From positions 1 through 21,947 of the forward strand of contig JBCCEA010000053.1 of assembly GCA_039030515.1 (NCBI GenBank): 21,947 nucleotides of DNA, written 5' to 3'. Both the position numbers and the translations under genes were made by a program. The notes under the pieces are model-generated. The model saw only the letters and a program-made list of their open reading frames with translations, did no database searches and was not told the DNA's origin. Source of the DNA: Myxococcota bacterium (GTDB lineage Bacteria; Myxococcota_A; Polyangia; Polyangiales; Houyiibacteriaceae). Below are positions 1 through 8,923 of this stretch, piece after piece (the first letter of the stretch is position 1; each line of letters begins with the position of its first letter).

Positions 1-347
1 AGCGCCCCCCCAGCACGCCTCGCTACCCCTGAACGCCCGCTTTCCTCCCATGCTCGACGTTCGAAGTATCGTTAATACTCCTTCACGTCTGCGCGTGCGG
101 GGCGCTGGCCGTTCAAACCCATCGAGACGCGCTGGGCCGAGGAGGAGGGTACTTAAGGGTACCTGACGACGAAGCGCAAGGCGGTAAGCGGGGCTATGGC
201 GTGCCTGGGCTGTGCAGGTGCGTCAGAGAGCGAGCGCCCTCGAAGCGCAGGAGCGAAGGCGTACTTCTTGGTACGTTGAGCGACGAGCATCGAAGGTAAG
301 CCGCTCTATGGCGTGCCGGGGCGGCCGCGGACGTGGCACCCGGCACG
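1..347. repeat. Three degenerate copies of a ~110-bp hairpin-forming intergenic repeat (one on the - strand, two on the + strand), REP/MITE-like
   Basis: Tails GGTAAGCGGGGCTATGGCGTGCC (183-205) and GGTAAGCCGCTCTATGGCGTGCC (295-317) are 112 bp apart. Equivalent hairpins lie at 147-164, 258-277 and, inverted, at 63-81. Confidence 0.6.
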
Positions 348-1037
348 TATGAGATCTTGCTCCGCCCGCTCCGCCCAACCTCGATTGGCTTTCGGGCTGG
401 CGGGGCTTGGATGCAGGACCGTGCCTATCGGCAGCTTGGTGTCCGCGAGCGCCAACTGGGCACGTTTTTGCGCCCAAAGGCCGACGCCGATCACCCGTTG
501 GGGCTGGAGCACCTCGATAGATGCCTGCAGGGCAGCATCACAGGCGGTGAGCAGGGGCAGGCGCTCGCGCTGCGGCAGCTTGTCGGGGGTGCGATTTCGC
601 CCCGACTCTTCGAGAAACACCAGTGGGCAGTAGTTCAGCACGAAAAACTGGCGAAAAAACCGCTCGGGAGTTTCGTACCGAGCCTTGGCCCAACCCCAAA
701 GTCGCGCGCCGCTCACTTCGGATCTCGGGCACTCGAAGCCCTTTATCGGCCGCTTTGGATGGACCGATTTCGGCTGCTGCACGGGCGCCTCGATACCCAT
801 CCAGTCCCGCACGCTCGCCACCTCACCAAAGGGCACTCCGGTTTGAGCCATACCAAAGGGTCCGGGGTTCATTCCGAGCAGGACCGTAGCCGCGTTTAGG
901 GTGCCGTAGGTCGAGAGGTAGCGCTCGAACGGCTGGCGCGCGTACTCGAGCGGGTTGTAGACGTGGGTCACCGGAGGACCAAAGGAGAGGCGGGCGAGCT
1001 CGCTTGTGAGCTGGCGGTGAATCTCGATCAGTCGCAT
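306..1037 (-). CDS. smug1: Single-strand-selective monofunctional uracil-DNA glycosylase (SMUG1, UDG family 3)
   Basis: 243 aa with VYNPLEYA, motif 1 GMNPGPFGMAQTGVPFGE, RSEVSG, NYCPL and motif 2 HPSPASP, all characteristic of SMUG1. Confidence 0.93.
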   Translation of the reverse strand: MRLIEIHRQLTSELARLSFGPPVTHVYNPLEYARQPFERYLSTYGTLNAATVLLGMNPGPFGMAQTGVPFGEVASVRDWMGIEAPVQQPKSVHPKRPIKGFECPRSEVSGARLWGWAKARYETPERFFRQFFVLNYCPLVFLEESGRNRTPDKLPQRERLPLLTACDAALQASIEVLQPQRVIGVGLWAQKRAQLALADTKLPIGTVLHPSPASPKANRGWAERAEQDLIRAGCHVRGRPGTP

Positions 1038-1161
1038 GGGCTCGGTTCTTTTGACCGCATCCTCGGGTCATTGCTCCTGCGATGAGAAGAGGCAAGTGTG
1101 CGGCCGAGCAGCTGGCGTGCCCCGGCGGTACGGTGCATACTTTCGGCCCGAAAGATCCTCT

Positions 1162-2238
1162 ATGCGCCCCTCAATTAAAAACGGTTCTTTTTGCTCTCGC
1201 GCCGTTTCCGGACGTCCACGGGGCGCCTCTTGGCTCTCTCTCCGACCCAGCGCGTTCTGCCTGCTAGGCGCCGCGATCATGGTGAGCGCTTCAGCCTGCT
1301 CGGTGATCGTCGACACCGACTCGTACACTCGAGAATCGAACTCGAGCTCACAGAACCTTGGCAGTACCTACGACCCTTGTGAGCGCGACCTCGATTGCGA
1401 GAGAGGAATTTGTCGTGTCCCTGGCTGTGCGACAGATTCTTTTGGGTCATGTCTCAGACCTCCCTGCTCATCAGCTTCGTCAGGAGAGTGTATCGAGGAA
1501 AAAGTTTGTCTCGAGTGCGGAAGCGGCCCTCAAGCATTTCAGCCAGGCTCGGGTTGCAACTTCGATCCAAATCGTGTGTTATGTAGATTTTCAGCTGGCT
1601 TGTGCGTTGAGTGTGTTGAGGACGAGGACTGCTCCGGAACGGATAAAGGCTCAATCTGCACTACCGAGAACGTGTGCGTTGAATGTGTGCAGAACGCAGA
1701 CTGCATTAACGCAGGTAGTGGCTATGCTTGCACCAGCGAGAATGTGTGCGTTGAATGCCTCAGTGAATTTGATTGTACCGCCGGCATCTTCGATGGGATT
1801 ATTCAACCTGAGCGAGAATTGGATGCTTTGAGCGCGATGTGCAGTCAGATAGACAGCACCTGTGTGGAGTGCGATCGGGATGAGCATTGCGAGTCGGGCG
1901 TTTGTGATGAGAACACCCGGAGATGCGTTGAATGCACGGTAGATTCGCAGTGCGCGTCGCCAACGCCCTACTGTGATTGGGAGCTCAGCCAGCGATGCGT
2001 CGAATGCGTGCCGAGTAGAGCGGACGACCACTGTCCCGAATCTCTTTGCATCCTCCAAGAATTTGACGAGGTGCCGCTTACATGTGCGCCATGCGTTACG
2101 GACGAGCAATGCACCTCGCCAACGCCCTACTGTGATTGGGAGCTCAGCCAGCGATGCGTCGAATGCGTGCCGGATAGAGCAGACGACCACTGCCCCGATT
2201 CAAGCTGCGACCCCGAAACCATGCAGTGCACCACCTAG
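1162..2238 (+). CDS. Cys-rich repeat lipoprotein (CVEC-x5-C repeats), function unknown
   Basis: ORF 1036..2238; ATG 1162 is preferred because ATG 1036 overlaps the smug1 start. Hydrophobic stretch plus lipobox-like VSASA-C (Cys codon 1297-1299). About 45 Cys in the mature part, 7 CVEC motifs, no CxxCH. Confidence 0.75.
   Translation: MRPSIKNGSFCSRAVSGRPRGASWLSLRPSAFCLLGAAIMVSASACSVIVDTDSYTRESNSSSQNLGSTYDPCERDLDCERGICRVPGCATDSFGSCLRPPCSSASSGECIEEKVCLECGSGPQAFQPGSGCNFDPNRVLCRFSAGLCVECVEDEDCSGTDKGSICTTENVCVECVQNADCINAGSGYACTSENVCVECLSEFDCTAGIFDGIIQPERELDALSAMCSQIDSTCVECDRDEHCESGVCDENTRRCVECTVDSQCASPTPYCDWELSQRCVECVPSRADDHCPESLCILQEFDEVPLTCAPCVTDEQCTSPTPYCDWELSQRCVECVPDRADDHCPDSSCDPETMQCTT
1957..2196 (+). 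repeat. Intragenic duplication with a 159-bp (53-aa) period
   Basis: 57 identical bp at 1957-2013 and 2116-2172 (SPTPYCDWELSQRCVECVP); similarity continues through RADDHCP. Confidence 0.9.
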
Positions 2239-2308
2239 AGGCCTTGCAGCGCGCCTAAACCAGCTGCCCTAGACACCCCAGCTGTACCGACGTCTCAGCA
2301 CACTCGGC

Positions 2309-2409
2309 ACCGTACCTGGTACGGGTTGAACAGGTCTTGTCCAGGTACGTATGCTGGTAATTACTGGCGTTTTACCGTACCTGGTACGGGTTGAACGGCT
2401 TTTGTCCAG
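2309..2409. repeat. Pair of 36-bp direct repeats (33/36 identical), each with an internal palindrome, between convergent genes
   Basis: ACCGTACCTGGTACGGGTTGAAC-N5-TTGTCCAG at 2309-2344 and 2374-2409; each contains CCGTACC-T-GGTACGG. Confidence 0.85.
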
Positions 2410-2423
2410 ATATGGCGTCTGTA

Positions 2424-3788
2424 TCAACCGCCCTGCACGCCGAACTGAAAAGGGTAGGTGACGTTGACTTCCCCGCCGTCCGGTCGGGGAAAACGCCATC
2501 GGCGAATCTGACGCACGATGCACCCCTCAACCCCTGAGCTTCCGAGGGAGGAGCTGGCGATGCGCGCCGTCGACACGTTGCCCGTAGCGTTGATCCGAAA
2601 GCCCACCGTGACCTGTCCTCGCAGGTTGGGCTGGCGCTGCACTTCAACCTCATAACAGTAACGGATCGCCGCCTGATTGGCGCGCACGACCCGGCGAATC
2701 TGGTCGGCCGAGAGAAAGCCACTCACCGAGGGTCGGCCGCTTCGAACCGAAACCTGAACTTCCGCCCGATCGCGACGCGGAGACGGGACTCGTCTGGCGC
2801 GGGCGGGCGCTTCGCGGTCCCGGCGATCCGCTCTAGACACGGTTCTCAGTTCCTTTGAGGCAAAGAGCTTGGCGGCATCACCCGACCCACGTTGGCTACC
2901 CCTCAAGCGCCCACTGCTGCGTCCTCGATCGCGAGTCTGCCGAATGACACCGGAACCCGATCTGCCGAGAATATCGGAGATGCTCGGGGCCGAAAGCGCC
3001 TCTTCGATCGCCGCTGTCGCCTTCAGCGCTCCGAGGAGTCCCAGATCTTGGGGGCCTTCCTCGGCCGCGCGCTCACGCAGGGCCACCACCTCCCTCGCTC
3101 TCACTTCAGCTCGAGCCGGCTCCCTCCGCCGCCGTTTCTGCTTGGCGCCTCGGAGTTCGTCGCGGCGCCGCAAACCCGGATCGTCCAGCTCCGATCTGCG
3201 CTGCTCTCGGAGTTCTGCCGGAATCTCTACTGCCGGCGGGACCACCCAGAACTGAGCGATCAGATCCGCATCCAGTTCGAGATCATCCGGGTAGTTGGGG
3301 TTGAGCAGCGCATCGAGGTGGCAGATAAAAAGCATCCCTCCGACAAAGAAAAATGCGAGCAAAACGCAGGCAAGCGTCTCGACCGGCAGATCGAAAACCC
3401 GTCTCGGTGGTGCGACGCCGCGCACGTGCTGAAAAAAAACGGAAAGACTCCCGAGCGTCACCACCCCGTAGTCGTCGGGCCCGAGCAGGAACGTCCCACT
3501 GCCCAGCTCCGCCACCGGTCGCCGCTGACCGTTTATCCAAACGCTGCCGCCAAGGTGAGCGCCGCTGCGAAGCATGAACCCGGCGCTCTGCTCGGCAGGC
3601 TCGAACAACACCACCGAGTCGTCCTCCACAACGCCAGCCGGTAGAGGAAAGGTGTGGGAGCGACCGAAGCCCAAACTCACCTTTCGAGGCTGGTCGAGCA
3701 GCTCCTCAGCGTGAATCGCGCCGTTCCAGATCAGGGCCACTCGAAGACTGCGCTGGCGCTCGGTCAATCCCTTCGCGTCTTTTCTCAT
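2424..3788 (-). CDS. GltG/NfsG-like inner-membrane protein with an AgmX/PglI (TonB-like) C-terminal domain
   Basis: Cytoplasmic N-domain, one TM segment (TLACVLLAFFFVGGMLFICHL), charged linker, and C-terminal LSADQIRRVVRAN..IRYCYE..PNLRG..VEGCIVRQIRRWRFPRPDGGEVNVTYPFQF. Confidence 0.85.
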   Translation of the reverse strand: MRKDAKGLTERQRSLRVALIWNGAIHAEELLDQPRKVSLGFGRSHTFPLPAGVVEDDSVVLFEPAEQSAGFMLRSGAHLGGSVWINGQRRPVAELGSGTFLLGPDDYGVVTLGSLSVFFQHVRGVAPPRRVFDLPVETLACVLLAFFFVGGMLFICHLDALLNPNYPDDLELDADLIAQFWVVPPAVEIPAELREQRRSELDDPGLRRRDELRGAKQKRRRREPARAEVRAREVVALRERAAEEGPQDLGLLGALKATAAIEEALSAPSISDILGRSGSGVIRQTRDRGRSSGRLRGSQRGSGDAAKLFASKELRTVSRADRRDREAPARARRVPSPRRDRAEVQVSVRSGRPSVSGFLSADQIRRVVRANQAAIRYCYEVEVQRQPNLRGQVTVGFRINATGNVSTARIASSSLGSSGVEGCIVRQIRRWRFPRPDGGEVNVTYPFQFGVQGG

Positions 3789-3794
3789 CTGAGT

Positions 3795-4370
3795 TCAATC
3801 CTGCAGCGCGGTAGACCGGACCAGCTTGGGGATAAATGAACGGTGCGGCAGTCGCGGACGGTCGAACTCGGCTCTCATACGGCTTCGAAAATGAAGCAGC
3901 TGAGGAGACTTCAATCTGCCGGTGATGTCCATCGCGCCAAACTCAAAGACCTTCACCTTATCACGGCCTTGGCGCACTTCGCGACTCTGCACGGCGCCTT
4001 GCTCCTGCTCGAGACGTCGAGACCGGGAGTCGCGGCTCAAAGGTCGCGACCCAGCCCCGGTTGCGGACTGCTCCTGATCCTCTCGGGCAGCAGCCCCTGA
4101 GCGGACTGCCGTTTCTGGAGGCGCCTTGCGTCTCGATCGCGCCTTGCGTCTCGATCGCGCCTTGCTCCTCGATCGCGCTTTGCTCCTCGATCGCACTGCA
4201 GATCGGTCGTGTTCGCCCGATGAAGCGGGAGCATCGGTCGTCTCTTGAACTCGGGACGGGGGACGATTCGCGCGTCGATCTTGACCGCTGGCGACGAGCA
4301 CACTCCCGACAAGCCCGAACACCGCACCTGCAGCAACGAGCCCCACAACATGGCGCACGCGTTTCGTCAT
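3795..4370 (-). CDS. GltF/CglF-like small exported protein
   Basis: Signal-like N-terminus, low-complexity middle, C-terminal FEFGAMDITGRLKSPQ...HRSFIPKLVRS resembling the GltF motif. Lies between the GltE-like and GltG-like genes, with an ATGA overlap to the upstream gene. Confidence 0.7.
   Translation of the reverse strand: MTKRVRHVVGLVAAGAVFGLVGSVLVASGQDRRANRPPSRVQETTDAPASSGEHDRSAVRSRSKARSRSKARSRRKARSRRKAPPETAVRSGAAAREDQEQSATGAGSRPLSRDSRSRRLEQEQGAVQSREVRQGRDKVKVFEFGAMDITGRLKSPQLLHFRSRMRAEFDRPRLPHRSFIPKLVRSTALQD
4121..4192. repeat. 4 x 18-bp in-frame tandem repeat in the gltF-like gene
   Basis: GCGCCTTGCGTCTCGATC x2, then GCGCYTTGCTCCTCGATC x2; encodes RSRSKA/RSRRKA. Confidence 0.92.
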
Positions 4371-5542
4371 ACCCCATCTCCGGACGGCTGAATCTCGCTG
4401 AGATAGCGCTCCGCCACTGCCCGACCCGGATGCTGCCGGGGCGCAAGCCTCAGGAATCGCTCGAACAGCTCGATCGCGTCGGTTCTCGCCTCGAGAAACT
4501 CCGCCCGTAAAATAGCCAGGTTGAAGGTGCCCTCCAGATGTTCAGGATGTTCGGTGAGCAGCCGGTCGTATTCCGCTTCTGCTTCAAGGTAACGAGCGAG
4601 TCCCCGCAAACAGATGGCGATTCCGATGCGTGTCGATAGATCCGACGCGTCCGTGCGGAGGGCCGCTCGATACGCCTGCAGCGCCGCTTCGTAGTTGCCG
4701 GCACGCAAAAGCAATGCGCCCCGGTTTTTTTGAGCGGACGCATTGTCGGGATCGCGCTCTACGGCCGCCGTAAATTCCTCAAACGCAGCCTGGGGTTCTT
4801 CTCGCGCCAGCTCCAGCAGCCCGAGATCGTTGTGAATCTGCCCGAGCAGATCCTCCCGCTCGTGTGCCAAATCGAGAGCCTTGCGGAGCACGAGCTGAGA
4901 AACTTCGAACTGCCCCTGTTCCCGGTGAATGCGCCCGACTTCGACCAGGGCCCCAATATGCTCCGGTTCTCGCACGAGCACTTGCCTTGCCTGCACCAAG
5001 GCGTCTTCGTATTCCCCTGCCTCACGCAGCAACGTCACAAGCACCGCGCGGGCCTCGAGGTGGCGCTTTTCTGCGCGGATGACGGCGCGCAGCAAATCCA
5101 TCGCCTGTGCTCGCTCGCCAAGCACACGGCACACCTCGGCCTCCGCAATCCACACGACCGCCATCGAGCCGGACGCTGCTTCATAACGCATTCGAATCGC
5201 AGTAAACATCCTTCGCGCAGCATCCAAGTTTCCGGCGCGCCACTCCAAGACCCCGAGATTGTAGCGGGCCTCCCATAGCTGAGGGTCGATCTGCAGGGCC
5301 TGCTCGAACCGGCTGCGGGCTTCAGACCAGCGCTCACGCCGCATCAATCGAGCGCCCTCCCCCATCGCGCGTGACGCCTCAGGATCGGCGGGAGGCCATT
5401 CATCCGGAGCAGCGGTCTTGCCCGCGCCCCCACATCCACTCGCGCTGCCCGCTCCGATCAGACTCCCAGCGCCGATCACGACGGCAAGGCACCAGGTGCA
5501 GCGCCTCTTACCTCGAGCTCGCATTTCAAGCCGGACTCGCAT
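4367..5542 (-). CDS. GltE/AglT-like TPR lipoprotein
   Basis: Signal peptide ending ASG-C, multiple TPRs (EARYNLGVL, IHNDLGLL, AQKNRGALL, TFNLAIL), and position downstream of the GltD-like gene. Confidence 0.8.
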   Translation of the reverse strand: MRVRLEMRARGKRRCTWCLAVVIGAGSLIGAGSASGCGGAGKTAAPDEWPPADPEASRAMGEGARLMRRERWSEARSRFEQALQIDPQLWEARYNLGVLEWRAGNLDAARRMFTAIRMRYEAASGSMAVVWIAEAEVCRVLGERAQAMDLLRAVIRAEKRHLEARAVLVTLLREAGEYEDALVQARQVLVREPEHIGALVEVGRIHREQGQFEVSQLVLRKALDLAHEREDLLGQIHNDLGLLELAREEPQAAFEEFTAAVERDPDNASAQKNRGALLLRAGNYEAALQAYRAALRTDASDLSTRIGIAICLRGLARYLEAEAEYDRLLTEHPEHLEGTFNLAILRAEFLEARTDAIELFERFLRLAPRQHPGRAVAERYLSEIQPSGDGV

Positions 5543-5600
5543 GTGAGGGAGGATACATCCGTCTCGAGCTCCGCTGCGGGGAACCGTTCACCTAAAACGT

Positions 5601-8600
5601 CTACCGCGCGCCTCGACTCAGACCGTCCAGCACGTCGGGCGCCGGCCAACGCACGTGCGCGTCAAAACGCACTCCAAGCTCGCGCAGCGGGGGGTACTCG
5701 ATATCGTTCAATCGCGTGAGCCCCTCCCGGAGTGATGCGGTCCATCGGTTGTAGATCCCCAGCTCCACCGCACGCGCATAACCTCCCGCATAGGCCTCAA
5801 GCGCCCGCTCTTCCATAGGGATGACAAAACCCATCAGCTGATCGAAGTACGCCAGCTCTTGCTCCTCGGTCAAATCGTCCGGAATCGGAGCCGCACGCAT
5901 GGACTCTGCAAAAAGCTCATAACCTCGACCGATCTGAAAAAGAGCCGCCGCCACCCACTCTGCAACTTGGAAGCTCGCGACGTCTGCATAGATTTCGGCT
6001 GCCTCTCGCAGCAGCTCGGACTTTCGCGCCAGTCTGTCTCTCAAACCCTCTACGTCGCCCGCGATGCGAATCGCCTCGTATTCGGCTCTAACGCGATCTC
6101 CCTGTAGATAGCGCGCTTCTGCCGCATAGGAGAGTCCGGCGGAACGCCTCGACCTGAGCCTACGGCCAAGCGCCACGGCTTGCTGCAGCACGCGGCCTGC
6201 CTCCTGCATCTCTCCAGCTTCGCTTAAAACCCGTGCGAGCTTCACAGAGGCTTCAACCTGGCGATCTGCGTCGCGAGAGTGGCGCATCAATCGGCGGTAG
6301 AGCTCTGCAGCTGCGCTCCAGTCGGCTTCTTGCTCGCGAGCCCTACCGATGAGAAGACGCACTTCGACATCGAGCTCATGACTGCGGTAACGCTGCAGAA
6401 AACCTGTGCCGTTTTCAACTGCTGCGTCGCTATCGCCCATAGTCACCCGAAGCAAGGTGGCATTAAAAAGCGCAACAGCTGCGTGCTCGTGCGCTTCAAA
6501 TCGACTCGCGTATTGCTCGTAGTACCGGGCCGCATCATGAAATTGCGCGGTCGATTCAAACATCTGAGCGGCCGTCCAAGCTCCGAGGGCCCCTTCTTCA
6601 GTTCCGGGGTAAAGCTCGATAAGCCGATCGTAGGCATCGGCAGCTCCCTGCATATCCCCGTCGCGCTGAAACTCGAGTCCGGCATTAAAGTAGGCTTGAG
6701 GCGCTTCATCCGCCTGAGAAAACTCGACGGCTGCTCGGAGATAGGCAGCCGCCGCTTGAGCATGCTGCCCGCGCTCAGCAAATTGCTCGCCGGTCTTGAA
6801 TATCGAGGTCAGAATCGATTGCTGCAGTTCGGCCACATGCAGTTGCGGTTGAAAAGCAGATAGTTCGAGCAGGCGCCGCGCCCAACGTTCGATATTTGGA
6901 TAGTCTTCTATTCGATCAAGACAATCGAGGATCAATGCGCCCGCAGACTCTACATGGTCGCTATCCGGATAACCCTCGATCAGCTGGCTAAAGAACCGAA
7001 CCGCTGCATCGAACACGCCTTGCTCGTAGTAGAGTCGCCCCTGACGAAAAATAATCTCAGGCAGGTCCGAATCTTCCGGATAGTGGCTCAGGTAAAGTTC
7101 GATCGCTGTTGCGAAACTGCGGTCGTTCTCGGTTTCTTGGCATACCGTAGTTTGACGATCGGAACTGTCCGCGGCGCCTTCTTCTAAGACAAGAGACTCG
7201 TTTACGGGACCCGAATCCGCAGCGCGGGCATCGCCGGAAGCATTTGCAAGGCACGCTTCGATCTCGCGTTCGCGCACGAGTTCAAAGGCACCGATCGCGT
7301 TGTACAGCGCGTCTCGCGTAAAAGCGCCCTCGGGGCGATCTCTGGCAACGGATAGATACAATTCACCTGCAGGAACATATTGATTCAGTCGATGAAAGAG
7401 GATCTCGGCGAGGTAGAACCGAACTGCGTACGCCTGCTCGTTCGTTGAAAATGAGCTAGGTAAAGCCGATACAGCTCCGCCGCGTGTTCAAACGCCTCCG
7501 CATCCGACTCCTGCTGCCCGCGTTCGTGATACTGAAGCGCCTGGTGCCGGATCGCACGCTCGCTTTGCACTAGACTGGACTGAACGACCCTCGGATCCAC
7601 CTGCTGACGAGCCCAAGGGCTGTCCGCTCCGTAGGTTTCCGCAAGCTTTTGGAGCTCAGCGACGACCGCGTCAGACCGGTTGAGCGAGGCGTAGGCGGAG
7701 GCGACTTGACGCCGGTAATTTGGAGCCGAGGCTGAGGACGGGTCTAGCGCGACAAGCAGCGCATAAGACTCGATAGCCCGCTCAAAGCGAGCTTGTCCCA
7801 AAAAGGTTTCTGCCAGTCGATCGACAACCATCAGCGCGTAGGCCTCGCCTCCGATCTCGTCGAGAAAAGCAAAGATGTCTTCCGCCGCGTTGTCTTCGTC
7901 CTCGGTGAATACCTCAACCAAATAGCCGAGCGCCTCGTTTTGCAGGTCGGAGAAATTAGCGCGATACTGCGGTAGAACGGCACGCTGCCGCGATAGACCG
8001 ACGCGTCGATCGACGACAGAACGCGTTTGACCACCGGACTCCCGAGACTGACTAAGGTCGAGAACCTCGCGAAACCGGGTCGCCGAAGCGTGACGGTCAC
8101 CCAGGCGCCAAAGACACCATGCGCTCTTGAACAGGGCCGTCTCGTGCAAGGGGCTTTCCGGATAGCGGATCACCTCTTCGTATTCCGAGAGCGCTCTCGG
8201 ATAGTCTCGGTTGCGGCTGAAGTAGATCTCTGCCCGTGCAAAATGTGCGTCGGGTACGAATCGACTTTCATCAAACTCCAAGAGGAGCCGGCGATACAGC
8301 GCGTCTGCTAGATCCATATCGCCTTGTTCGAGGAGCGCGTAGGCCTTTACATAGAGCACCAGGTCGTAACGAGGAAATTCCGGGTAGCCCTCGAGAATGC
8401 GGTCGTAGAGACGGATCGATCTCGCGTAGTCCGGCTGAGGTTCTGCGCCGCGAGTCGCTTCGGGCTCTTGCTGCCATTCTTTGAACGCCCGCAGGTAGTC
8501 GAGACGGGCAACTTCAGAGCGCAGTTCTGCAAGGCGTAGGAGCGCATCGGCCATTTCGGGCGCGCGCTCGGGCACCCTTTCGATAAAGCGTTCGAGCCGC

Positions 8601-8923
8601 TGGATCGCCTCTGAGCGCCGAACCGTAAGGAGCGATTCTCGAAATGCGAGCAGGGTCTGCAGCTGCCGCCGCTCGATTTCTGACGGAGGCCTCCTTGTGC
8701 CAGCGGGTCGTTGGCGCAGGTACTGCAACCGCTCCAGACTCTGAATGGGCTGCTGCGAAGACGACGGCACTGCAGCCTCAACCGCGTGCGCCGCTGGACG
8801 GAGCTCGGATTCGGTAGGCTGCGCGTGCGCCGAACCTATTTGCCAATAAGAAGCAATGTGTACGATGGCAAGCACACCAATAGGTAAAGCGCCATCTTTA
8901 GGGGACAGGTGGATGCTCTTCAT
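5601..8923 (-). pseudogene. GltD/AgmU-like large TPR protein, split by a 1-base frameshift at the A4 run 7448-7451 (true lesion or assembly error)
   Basis: ORFs 7385..9055 and 5601..7361 join as ...YLAHFSTNEQAYAVRFYLAEILFHRLNQYVPAGELYLSVARD... if one T is added to a T4 run. The C-terminus PIPDDLTEEQELAY...ELGIYNRWT is GltD-like. Probable start is ATG 8923, preceded by a GGGAGG RBS. Confidence 0.8.

Noticed and set aside
1162..2238. Multiheme cytochrome or ferredoxin
   Set aside because: The CxxC motifs are never followed by His, and there is no CxxCxxCxxxC pattern.
2309..2409. Bona fide CRISPR array
   Set aside because: Only two imperfect repeats, weak similarity continues past the repeat end, no leader or cas genes. 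Kept only as a repeat.
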